A stretch of 64,000 bases of DNA from an uncultured archaeon (GTDB taxonomy: Archaea > Thermoproteota > EX4484-205 > JAAOZP01): NCBI GenBank assembly GCA_938045545.1, contig CALIBN010000007.1:16073-80072 (forward strand), given 5' to 3'. Made by a program: the position numbers and the translations under genes. A model generated the notes under the pieces. The model saw nothing but the letters and a program-made list of their open reading frames with translations, was not told the DNA's origin and searched no databases. Of this stretch, positions 1 through 8,593 are shown one piece after another (the stretch's first letter is position 1; each line of letters starts with the position of its first letter).

Positions 1-1013
1 CGCCATTCTTTTTTGAAGGCAAAGCCCGCGGTAATCCAGAGCTCACCGGGGCGACGCTCAAACACATAGGGGTAGCTTAACTGCCCACCTCTCTGCCTAG
101 CGATAACCACCGGCTTAGTCCAGTTTTCACCATCGTCCTCAGAAAAAGCTATTGAGAGCTCCTCCCTGTGCCAGGATGTGGGCCTTTCCGAAGCTGGTCC
201 TGGTTTAGCTTTCTCCCATACTCTTCCCTCAGGGTTTAAACGGTTCCATACGAGGACTAGACGGTTGCTCTTCAACCTTAACAGGTATCCTGGAGAATTG
301 CTAGCGTCTATCCGGCTTGGCTTAATTATCCGCCAGTATTCTCCACCATCTTCGGAGAAAGCCTGCCAAAACCGGTCAAGAGTTGTCCTTATAAGCATGA
401 GTAAGCGTCCGTCGCTCAACTCCGCTACAGTGGGCTCCAACGCTCCATCATGGTGTCCGTGTCCACCAAGGTCGATGAAGTTGCTTCTCCTCCATGTTTT
501 ACCCTCATCATCCGAAATCAGGGAGCAGGCTATGAGTCGGCCAGGGTTTCTGGTTAAGTGTTCAACTGTGGCGACGATCCTCCCGCTCCTGGTCTGGATG
601 AATCCGAAGAAACACGCATTGTAGCCGTCTAGAAGCCTCTGTCTGTCAACCCATGTCTTGCCACCGTCCAGGCTGCGGGCTGCCCACAATTCCAGCCGGC
701 AGTCATCCTTAGGTTCGCCCTTTTCATCATCCCAACTAAATTTGTAGGTTGAGAAATCCGCGTAAACTGTTACGAGCGTCTTTCTCTTAGTCTGTAGTAT
801 GTGATACGAGCCGGGCTCCTCACCGTTCACGCCCGGTAATACAGATATTGGAGGCGACCAGCTTTTCCCGTCATCCCAGCTTATCTTAACCCCTTCACTG
901 TCTATGGTCATTAAAACGTCATTGTCAAGAATGATGAAGGGGCCGTTTTTGCTTGCTTCAAGCGGGTGGCAGAGTGGATGCACCCACCGCCCGTTTCCAG
1001 ATGAACTGTTCAT
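1..1013 (-). CDS. BNR-repeat (sialidase-like beta-propeller) glycosidase-family protein; partial, the C-terminus runs off the window edge
   Basis: Manual reverse-strand translation from an ATG at the complement of 1011-1013 is open through position 1, with 2 nt left over. It contains four S-x-D-x-G-x-x-W BNR motifs: SLDGGKTW, SDDEGKTW, SEDGGEYW, SEDDGENW. The ORF track omits it because it is edge-truncated. There is no signal peptide. Its start is adjacent to the stop of the upstream gene 1010..2209. Confidence 0.6.
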   Translation of the reverse strand, partial: MNSSSGNGRWVHPLCHPLEASKNGPFIILDNDVLMTIDSEGVKISWDDGKSWSPPISVLPGVNGEEPGSYHILQTKRKTLVTVYADFSTYKFSWDDEKGEPKDDCRLELWAARSLDGGKTWVDRQRLLDGYNACFFGFIQTRSGRIVATVEHLTRNPGRLIACSLISDDEGKTWRRSNFIDLGGHGHHDGALEPTVAELSDGRLLMLIRTTLDRFWQAFSEDGGEYWRIIKPSRIDASNSPGYLLRLKSNRLVLVWNRLNPEGRVWEKAKPGPASERPTSWHREELSIAFSEDDGENWTKPVVIARQRGGQLSYPYVFERRPGELWITAGFAFKKEW

Positions 1014-2209
1014 CTGCGATCAAACCCCCTTTCGAAGCTGATTGCTCTTCTCGGGCATATGGATAGGCAGAGACCACAGTTATCGCATTTCTCCTGATCC
1101 GGCTCCGGTGTGCTGGCGGGGCCTTCACCTAAAGCATCGTAGGGGCAAACCCTTATGCAGACACCGCACTTGACGCATTTCTCAGCATCAATGTAAAGCT
1201 GGAATCGTTTTCTTCTTTCAAGCCTCGCTAAAGGCACGATTTTGTCCAGAGAGATGCCTGAAAAATCGACTATGCTCCGAAACCCTTTATTGGTCATCCA
1301 CTTCTCAATGCCCCCCAGCATTTCCGGAATAATCTTCAACCCGTTTATCATGATTGCTGTACACATCTGAACTGCCGACGCGCCTACGAGAATAAGCTGC
1401 ACAGCGTCCTCCCACTTTGATACTCCGCCAGAGCCTATTATGGGCACGCCAAGCTTCTCCATGGCTATATGTGCAGTCCAGCCGACACTAATGGGTGTTT
1501 GCCAAGGGCCCCCGTATCCCCCGAAGCCCCCCCAGGAGGTTGGCTGCATTGTCTCCAGGTCGACGATTAAGCCTTGAAACCTGGCTGTTGAAACAAGAGC
1601 GCTAACACCGGATGAAACCATGATCTTCGCTAATTCAACCGGGTTCGCACCCTGGGGTGTCAACTTGCCTATTATGGGTAGTGACGTGGCTCGCCTAACC
1701 GTCTTGACTACTTCTGAAACTTTCTCAGGGCTGGAGGATACGGCTCTCCCCATCAACCCGCCCTTCTCCAAATGTGGACATGAAAGGTTGAGCTCAACCA
1801 TGTCTACACCGGCTTCCTCAACAAGCCTGGCCAGTTTCTCCCATTCCTCAAAAGTTCTGCCAGCAATGCTTGCTATTATCACGCCCATGTAAGCCTTGAC
1901 CTCTTTCTTTACTTCCCTGATTTGCCTGAGCCAGAGTTCAGGCTTATACTCTGACATCAGGTCTATAGAGTAGAAAGAGTAAAACCTGTTTCTTAAAGCA
2001 TCCTCCGGGTTGACCACGAGCATCCTCGGCTTAGGCTGAACCTGCTGCGTCACGTCGTAAGTTATGGTTTTAGTAACAGCTCCCGCGGCACCAGCTCTTA
2101 TACATTTCAAAACGTGTTGCGGTGAGAGCGTTGGAGGCCCAGAGGCCACGATCAGAGGATTCTTAAACTCCACCCCGGATATGTTGACGGACAGGTCTAT
2201 TCCAGCCAT
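1010..2209 (-). CDS. Dihydroorotate dehydrogenase/dihydropyrimidine dehydrogenase (PreA)-like flavoprotein with a fused C-terminal 2x[4Fe-4S] ferredoxin domain
   Basis: The N-terminus MAGIDLSVNISGVEFKNPLIVASG is typical of the class-1 DHOD/DPD TIM-barrel fold. The C-terminus carries two CxxCxxCxxxCP motifs, CVKCGVCIRVCP and CDNCGLCLSICP. Length is 399 aa. Confidence 0.7.
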   Translation of the reverse strand: MAGIDLSVNISGVEFKNPLIVASGPPTLSPQHVLKCIRAGAAGAVTKTITYDVTQQVQPKPRMLVVNPEDALRNRFYSFYSIDLMSEYKPELWLRQIREVKKEVKAYMGVIIASIAGRTFEEWEKLARLVEEAGVDMVELNLSCPHLEKGGLMGRAVSSSPEKVSEVVKTVRRATSLPIIGKLTPQGANPVELAKIMVSSGVSALVSTARFQGLIVDLETMQPTSWGGFGGYGGPWQTPISVGWTAHIAMEKLGVPIIGSGGVSKWEDAVQLILVGASAVQMCTAIMINGLKIIPEMLGGIEKWMTNKGFRSIVDFSGISLDKIVPLARLERRKRFQLYIDAEKCVKCGVCIRVCPYDALGEGPASTPEPDQEKCDNCGLCLSICPRRAISFERGFDRR

Positions 2210-2213
2210 TTCC

Positions 2214-3182
2214 CTATAGCAGCTTCAGGCTTTTCAAAGCCTGTTTTATGGCTTCCTTCTCCTTCTCTGACACTGGCTGCAAAGGTGGCCTAACATACGA
2301 TGTTTTCAACACTCCCATCATTACAAGAGCCTCCTTGAGACGCGCCCTATAGTCTCTAACTGGCTGTGCGAAAATGGCTTCTTCCAAGGGTATCAGCTCC
2401 TCCCATATTTCCCTAGCCTCAGTTACCCTGCCTTTAGCGAATAAGTTGAACATTTCAACCTGCTGGTCTACAGCTATTGTCCCGAAGCCCAGCAACCCGC
2501 CTTCCGCGCCAAGCACGAGGGACTCGTATATGAAGTTATCATTCCCCGTGAGAATCATTATCTTCCTGCCTGCTTTCTTCAAAGTGTGGGCGACGTTGAC
2601 GAACCTCCTAGCGTCGAAAGAAGCCTCCTTAATCGCTATAACGTTCTTAATACTGGCGAGTCTTAACAGTGTTTCAGGCGTGAAGACTACGCCGCCTAAA
2701 GCTTGTTGCAGTTGGAACAGGATGATTGGTAAACCAACTTTCTCAGATATCTCATAGTGATAGTTGTAGATTACGCTGTCGTTCGGCTCACCTACGAAGG
2801 CTGGATGTGGGAAAACCAGCAATCCGTCTGCACCCGCCTCCTTAGCTTCCAACCCGAGTCTCACCGCCTCCATAGTGTTTCGAGCATGCAGCCCTGCGAT
2901 TACAGGCATCCTTCCAGCTATAATCTTAGAGAAGACTTTCAGAATTTTTACGCGTTCCTCAGGGTAAAGGTGAGGCCCTTCTCCCGTATCAACATTGACC
3001 GCAACCCCACCGATACCATGTTTCACCAGCCACCTTACGTAGTCTTCAAGCTGCTCATAGTCAACCTCGAAATCCTTCGTCATAGGTGTTAGAGTCGCTG
3101 GGATTAGGCAGTAGTTTTTCAAAGGGTTCTGAGCCCGCATCCTGGTCATGGCAAGAGTCGGATAGCAAGCCATATTAAACAT
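2214..3182 (-). CDS. DapA/N-acetylneuraminate lyase/KD(P)G-aldolase family class I aldolase
   Basis: A 322-aa TIM-barrel protein. The N-terminal region LIPATLTPMTKDFEVDYEQLEDYVRWLVKHGIGGV resembles the DapA/NAL family. The true start may be the internal Met at about 3149 (MTRMRAQNPLK). Confidence 0.7.
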   Translation of the reverse strand: MFNMACYPTLAMTRMRAQNPLKNYCLIPATLTPMTKDFEVDYEQLEDYVRWLVKHGIGGVAVNVDTGEGPHLYPEERVKILKVFSKIIAGRMPVIAGLHARNTMEAVRLGLEAKEAGADGLLVFPHPAFVGEPNDSVIYNYHYEISEKVGLPIILFQLQQALGGVVFTPETLLRLASIKNVIAIKEASFDARRFVNVAHTLKKAGRKIMILTGNDNFIYESLVLGAEGGLLGFGTIAVDQQVEMFNLFAKGRVTEAREIWEELIPLEEAIFAQPVRDYRARLKEALVMMGVLKTSYVRPPLQPVSEKEKEAIKQALKSLKLL

Positions 3183-3255
3183 TTTCTTTTCTAGTTGCGA
3201 GCATTCTTTTTACAGCAACCGCATAACGCTGTTTTGGCGGTTGTTCGCGTATTGC

Positions 3256-4425
3256 CTAAGAGATTCCGAGCTTCTCATTTATTTCTTTCTGATATTCTTC
3301 AATCCGGAGTTCCTCCACGTCTCTAATGCTAACGGGTTTTTTAAGTAATGCCGATTCGTAAAATCCTAGGGGTATTGCCATATCCCTATAGGCCTCAAGG
3401 CCATTAACCTCCGGGGGCCGATGGTTCACAACGGAGTCGTAAAAATCATAGAGCTCCGTGGCAACAGTGTCAGTAATACCCTTCGGGAACCATTTTGCTT
3501 TTTCTTCAGGCCGGAGGCTTTCGAACATTCTACTTATAAGCGTGTTCATGCTCTGGGTTTCAATCAAGTTTTCCCTCTGAATGAAAAGCCCGTCGTTTCC
3601 TACTGCACCTTTAGAACCGTATATCAATCTTAGGTTTATATCCTTTCCTGGAGCCGCTCTTGTCCATAGCCACTGTGCATAAACATCTCCATCGTAGATG
3701 ACTATCGCCATCGTCACGTCGTCAACAGTAACTTTAACACCCTCTCGAACTGGTTCGAAGGTCTTTTGAACAGCATATACTTCTGTTGCTTCCTTTCTAA
3801 GCTGGTACCTATCTAAATCTGCCAGATGGACTCCGCCGTCGAAAACCCAGCTTCCCCCTGCAGCATACTTGTCCTCCCTCCAGCCCCAGGCCCCGGGGCT
3901 CCACCCAGCAGAGGACCAGACGATCATCCTCGGCTCACCTATCAATCCCTGCTCCAGAGCCCAGCGAATCGCCCTGTTCTCAGGGCTCCGCCTATAGTTC
4001 TCGGCAACAGCAAGTACCCTATTGTTCTTTCTCGCCTTCTCCAAGATAATCCTAGCAGCCCTCATTGTTATTCCCAGCGGCTTCTCTATGATGACGTCCA
4101 GCCCTTGTTCAAGACAGATGTTTGCAACCGTGTGGTGCACGTTGTGAGGCAGAGCTATGTCTACAGCTTCGAGGCTTTCGTGCCTTAACATTTCTTCAAC
4201 ATTCGTGTAAACCTTTGGCTCCGAGTCTTGGAACTCCGCAACCAGCTTAGCCTTCTCCTTTGCGAGAGACTCCTTCACGTCGCAAACAGCCTTCACTTCA
4301 AAAACCCTTAGCCCTCTCGAATGCAACTGTCTAAGCCCGTTTACGTGTGCCCCCATCATGCCTCCACAACCAATTAAAGAAATGTTCATTTTCTCCAACT
4401 TATTGCACCATTGTGGGGGCTTCAA
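3256..4425 (-). CDS. Gfo/Idh/MocA-family NAD(P)-dependent oxidoreductase
   Basis: An N-terminal Rossmann motif NISLIGCGGMMGAHV precedes a C-terminal alpha/beta domain. The start is probably the internal Met at about 4389 (MNISLIG). Confidence 0.7.
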   Translation of the reverse strand: MKPPQWCNKLEKMNISLIGCGGMMGAHVNGLRQLHSRGLRVFEVKAVCDVKESLAKEKAKLVAEFQDSEPKVYTNVEEMLRHESLEAVDIALPHNVHHTVANICLEQGLDVIIEKPLGITMRAARIILEKARKNNRVLAVAENYRRSPENRAIRWALEQGLIGEPRMIVWSSAGWSPGAWGWREDKYAAGGSWVFDGGVHLADLDRYQLRKEATEVYAVQKTFEPVREGVKVTVDDVTMAIVIYDGDVYAQWLWTRAAPGKDINLRLIYGSKGAVGNDGLFIQRENLIETQSMNTLISRMFESLRPEEKAKWFPKGITDTVATELYDFYDSVVNHRPPEVNGLEAYRDMAIPLGFYESALLKKPVSIRDVEELRIEEYQKEINEKLGIS

Positions 4426-4587
4426 ACAAGTATAAAAATCTTACATAGCGTGTGCTAAGATTGCAAACCCTCCGTTCACCCCCATCTGAACTCGTAGGGC
4501 TTAAGCCGACTTATTGATACTTGGAAAGGTTAGGCCCTCTAAGCGAAAGATTTATCAAGAAGAGGCTTATGCCAGCCTTGAAGAAAC

Positions 4588-5235
4588 ATGTCTGAGGTAA
4601 GTCTACTTACGAAACTTAAGGATGCTATAGTTAACCTGGATTTCGACGGCTCTAAGCATCTAGCGCAGGAGGCCCTTGCGAAAGGAATACCGCCCAACGA
4701 GATCATCACTAAAGCAATAAGCTCCGCCATGGAGGAGGTTGGCAGAAAGTTCGAGGCTTCAGAATACTTTCTGTCAGAGCTGATAGTTGCAGGTGAAATA
4801 GGAAAGGAAATATCGCAAATGTTGCAACCATACATGAAGGACGCGGAAATTAAGAAGATAGGCAAGGTTGTAATAGGAACCGTTAAGGGGGATCTTCACG
4901 ACATCGGGAAGAATATTTTCGGAATGATGCTTGAAGCAGCGGGATTCGAAGTCATAGACTTGGGTAACGATGTTCCGGCTGAAGCTTTCGTAGAGGCTGT
5001 GAAGAACCATAAGCCTGACATCATGGGCATGTCAGCTCTTCTAACTGTTACGATGGTTGAGATGGAGAACGTGATAAAAGAGCTTAAGAAAGCCGGGTTA
5101 CGGGAAAAGGTTAAAGTAATAATAGGCGGGGCTCCGATAACAGAGGAGTATGCCAAGAGGATAGGCGCCGACGGCTATGGTAAGGATGCTGTAGTCGGTG
5201 TAGATATTTGCAAGGCTTGGATAGGCAAGAAGTAA
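4588..5235 (+). CDS. mtaC: Methanol-specific corrinoid protein (B12-binding, MtaC-like)
   Basis: An N-terminal B12-binding-2 helical cap is followed by a Rossmann B12 domain with the DxHxxG cobalamin-ligand motif (GDLHDIGKNIF). Length is 215 aa. It sits immediately upstream of the MtaB homolog. Confidence 0.8.
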   Translation: MSEVSLLTKLKDAIVNLDFDGSKHLAQEALAKGIPPNEIITKAISSAMEEVGRKFEASEYFLSELIVAGEIGKEISQMLQPYMKDAEIKKIGKVVIGTVKGDLHDIGKNIFGMMLEAAGFEVIDLGNDVPAEAFVEAVKNHKPDIMGMSALLTVTMVEMENVIKELKKAGLREKVKVIIGGAPITEEYAKRIGADGYGKDAVVGVDICKAWIGKK

Positions 5236-5271
5236 AAAAAGTAAGCACTGTTAAATCAGAGGGCAAGCGTA

Positions 5272-6639
5272 ATGGTTTTATTCAGTAAGCTAGAGATAGA
5301 AAAGCCTTCTGAATTAATCTTCGGGTCGGCTAAACACCCTTTGAATTATGGTTTCGGGCTTAATGTTGGAAAAGGGGAAGTAATTCCTGAAGTAAAATTT
5401 TTCCCAAGGGTTTTTTCGGATAAAGATCCTGAAGGGTTTAAAACTGAGGTTCAGACTATAACGCGAGATATACTTGACAGGGCTGTTGAGCTCGGCATTC
5501 CATCCCTTCAAATAGAGACTGAGCTGACCTTCATGGAGACTAAGAACCCTAGGCTCGCTGCTGAAATAGCAAGTCTCCAAAAATGGTTGATGGAAAAATA
5601 TTTTGACGAACATGGTATAAAACTCGGCTTCAGGGTTACGGTTGCCGATATAAGGGATTTCCGGGAGGGCTTGAGAACAACCGCAAACTATAATCTCATG
5701 ATGGAAACTTTCGACGCTGTTTCTTCCAACGGTGCAGACGTTCTGTCGATAGAGTCTGAAGGCGGTAAAGACGTTTTTAACCACAGCATAATTAGACAGG
5801 ATATTGAAGGAATAGTCTTTTCAATCCTATTGGCATCTTTGGACATGGGTTTTATTTGGAAGGACATTGTTAACGTTGCAAGGAGAAACGGCTGTATAGC
5901 GGGTGGGGATACTGCTTGCGCTATTGCGAACACGGCGATGAAGCTTGCAGGCGGTGTGAAATCAATGTCCTTGCCTCACACGCTCGCTGCAATAGTGAGA
6001 GCCATGTCGGCAGCCAGGTCCCTCGTCGCTTATGAGCAGGGTGCAACAGGCCCGGGGAAGGACTGCGGCTATGAAAACGTGATTCTGAAAGCAATAACCG
6101 GGTTCCCAATGTCGATGGAGGGTAAGAGTAGTGCTTGCGCGCACTCCAGTCTAATGGGGAATATTGCTTCCGCATGCTGCGATCTCTGGTCTAACGAGCA
6201 GGTTGAAAACCTAATGCTTTTCGGAGGGTCAGCTCCACAGGTTTTCCTGGAAATACTTCACTACGATTGCAAGCTGATGAATAGGGCAATAATGCTTGGG
6301 AAAGCTTTAGAGCTCAGAGACATGCTTGTCTTGTCGGATAAGTATGACGACCCTCAGGCCTTGGTTCTCTCCCCCGATGTGGCTATCGAGGTTGCAAACG
6401 CGATAGTCTCCGAGTATGGTGACTACTATAGGAGAGTTAAGTCTGCATGCCGGAAAATAGTCGAGATACTTGAGAGCTCGTCGCCCCTACGCCTAAGCCA
6501 CGCGGAGGCCCGCTTCCTGTCTCATGTTAAAAACATTATTGATTCTCTTCCGGATGATGGGGAAACGTTTAGAGAGCAGATGTGTAAGACTTTTACCGGG
6601 AAGGTGCCAACCTTCCGGGAGAAGGATTACTGGCCCTAA
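5272..6639 (+). CDS. mtaB: Methanol:corrinoid methyltransferase MtaB
   Basis: Long stretches match my recollection of Methanosarcina MtaB: VAYEQGATGPGKDCGYEN, KAITGFPMSMEGKSSACAHS, MGNIASACCDLWSNE, YDCKLMNRA, LSDKYDDPQA. Length is 455 aa. Confidence 0.8.
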   Translation: MVLFSKLEIEKPSELIFGSAKHPLNYGFGLNVGKGEVIPEVKFFPRVFSDKDPEGFKTEVQTITRDILDRAVELGIPSLQIETELTFMETKNPRLAAEIASLQKWLMEKYFDEHGIKLGFRVTVADIRDFREGLRTTANYNLMMETFDAVSSNGADVLSIESEGGKDVFNHSIIRQDIEGIVFSILLASLDMGFIWKDIVNVARRNGCIAGGDTACAIANTAMKLAGGVKSMSLPHTLAAIVRAMSAARSLVAYEQGATGPGKDCGYENVILKAITGFPMSMEGKSSACAHSSLMGNIASACCDLWSNEQVENLMLFGGSAPQVFLEILHYDCKLMNRAIMLGKALELRDMLVLSDKYDDPQALVLSPDVAIEVANAIVSEYGDYYRRVKSACRKIVEILESSSPLRLSHAEARFLSHVKNIIDSLPDDGETFREQMCKTFTGKVPTFREKDYWP

Positions 6640-8483
6640 TCCAATAAAGGAGCCTTCATAGCTATGGCTTTCATCACTCTTGGGAACATGTCCGTTTTCT
6701 TATGGGGGAATTGTGTTGCATCAATAAATTCGCTTTGAAACCCGTTGATCGTATTTAAATCTATAGCCCTCACTTTCCTGGCCAAGATTTCAGCCTCTTC
6801 CTTGACCTTTCTGGAAAGAAGACTCATTGCTGCACCTTGGCCCGAACCATTTCCTATCTGTACGATCTTGCTTAAAGGAAGCTCAGGGATCATGCCGACT
6901 ATCATCGCAGACCTTGGGTCAATATAGTTTCCAAAGGCTCCTGCAATATATACTTTGGATATCTCGCTCAAGCTTACCCCTCCAATTCTTAGGAGAAGCA
7001 GGCATGCAGTAAATATGGCTGCCTTAGCAAGTTGAAATCTTCTAATGTCTGTCTGCGTTATGCAGATTCTTCGGCCCTCCCTGTTAACCGCTAACACGAA
7101 GGCCTTATCCCCATCGATATTCACAATCCTCGGAGTATTTATGTCGGCAATCCTTCCCTTCTGGTCTAAAACTCCGGCTATAAGCATCCATGCTATCGCG
7201 TCGACAACTCCGGAGCCGCATATTCCCCTCGGATCCGCGTCGCCTATCGTCTTATAGTAAACGTCAAAGTTTTCCACGTTAATCGAAACCGATTCTATCG
7301 CGCCATTCATCCCTCTCATACCGTTGGAAAGCCCAGCTCCTTCAACAGCTGGTCCCGCCGCCGTGGAGGACGCGAGCATCAGGTCCCCCGCTTTCAAGAC
7401 GACTTCACCATTTGTTCCAAGATCTATAAGCAGGGACTTCTCATCCTGCTCATGCATTCCTGAAACAAGTATGTCTGCAACCACGTCTCCACCAACGTAG
7501 CCGCTGATCAAGGGGAAAGTGTAGCCGATCGCAGAATCGTTAACTCTAAGGCCTATTTCTCTAGCCTTGAAGCGAAGGCTAGACCTGAAAGGCGGCACGT
7601 ATGGTGCTGATGCTATCGCCGAAACCTCCGCTCCATATAGGAGGCTGGTCATAACCGTGTTCCCGGCGAAGGATAATTCGTAAACGTCGAATGGAGAGCA
7701 TTTCGCTTCATCAGCCGCATCCTGAATCAATTTGTTTATAGTTGCCACTACTTTGCCTTGAAGTTCCTCTAGGTTCTTGCCTCCTTTCACAGCGTAGGTT
7801 ATTCTAGATATCACGTCGTCACCATACGCTATCTGACCGTTGTAATCCGATTTTACGGAGACGATTCGCCCGGTTTTCAGGCTGATCAGGTAGGCGACAA
7901 CCGTGGTGGTGCCTACGTCTACAGCAACACCGTAAAAATCCTGGTCACGCCGCGGTCTAACATCTAGGATTTCACCATCATGTAGAATCGCCTCCAAGTC
8001 CCATTTTAATTCCCGCAGTTTACCGGGTAGCTTCTTTAAAAGCAGGCCGTCGATGGATTTCGCGTTCAATGCTTGTAGGAGGCGTTCAGCATCCGACCTC
8101 TGGTCGGTGAGCGAGGGAGCATAAATCTTAACGTTTACACTTCTCGTTGCAGGGTAAAACCCGAAATCCTTGACGCGTCCCCATTCCAGTATCTTGCCCC
8201 TGGTCTGCCTTGAGGACTGAGGAACCTTAATGACAACGTCACCAATGATTCGCGCCTGACAGGCCAGTCTGAACGATTTCGACATGCTTCTTACTTCTGC
8301 TTCCATCGAGGTTGGCTCGGTCAACCCGCTGCTGAAAACCTCGACGACGCATTTTTTACAAACCCCGCGCCCTCCACAAACGCTTTCAATGTTAACACCC
8401 GCTTCCTTAAGCACAGTTAACAGGTTCGACCCGTAGGAAGCTTGAACTCTAACGCCTTCAGGCTGAATCGTTACCAGGGGCAT
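6636..8483 (-). CDS. ramA: RACo/RamA-family reductive activator of corrinoid-dependent methyltransferases (N-terminal [2Fe-2S] ferredoxin + ASKHA ATPase domain)
   Basis: The N-terminus carries a plant-type ferredoxin Cys motif (VCGGRGVCKKCVV…C). A large ASKHA-like domain follows (DVGTTTVVAY…; DLGTNGEVVL). Length is 615 aa. It is convergent with mtaB, with a 4-nt stop overlap. Confidence 0.65.
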   Translation of the reverse strand: MPLVTIQPEGVRVQASYGSNLLTVLKEAGVNIESVCGGRGVCKKCVVEVFSSGLTEPTSMEAEVRSMSKSFRLACQARIIGDVVIKVPQSSRQTRGKILEWGRVKDFGFYPATRSVNVKIYAPSLTDQRSDAERLLQALNAKSIDGLLLKKLPGKLRELKWDLEAILHDGEILDVRPRRDQDFYGVAVDVGTTTVVAYLISLKTGRIVSVKSDYNGQIAYGDDVISRITYAVKGGKNLEELQGKVVATINKLIQDAADEAKCSPFDVYELSFAGNTVMTSLLYGAEVSAIASAPYVPPFRSSLRFKAREIGLRVNDSAIGYTFPLISGYVGGDVVADILVSGMHEQDEKSLLIDLGTNGEVVLKAGDLMLASSTAAGPAVEGAGLSNGMRGMNGAIESVSINVENFDVYYKTIGDADPRGICGSGVVDAIAWMLIAGVLDQKGRIADINTPRIVNIDGDKAFVLAVNREGRRICITQTDIRRFQLAKAAIFTACLLLLRIGGVSLSEISKVYIAGAFGNYIDPRSAMIVGMIPELPLSKIVQIGNGSGQGAAMSLLSRKVKEEAEILARKVRAIDLNTINGFQSEFIDATQFPHKKTDMFPRVMKAIAMKAPLLD

Positions 8484-8593
8484 GGTGAAGCTCCAATCAA
8501 ATAGTAAATAAACTTTAAAAAAAGTTTAGCCTTTAACAACGCTGCTTACTGTTCGGCGAAAAATTTTTATTTAATCGCTTTAAACCAGTCCTA

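Noticed and set aside
178-624. 148-aa plus-strand ORF in the track
   Set aside because: It lies entirely antisense to the BNR-repeat gene (1..1013, minus), whose frame shows repeated SxDxGxxW motifs. Its own translation is low-complexity and Arg/Ser-rich, with no motif.
5314-6175. Several 60–156-aa minus-strand ORFs inside the mtaB gene (5314..5784, 5688..5933, 5921..6175, 5962..6144)
   Set aside because: They are antisense to a strongly conserved MtaB coding frame. This is typical of spurious ORFs in a GC-balanced gene.
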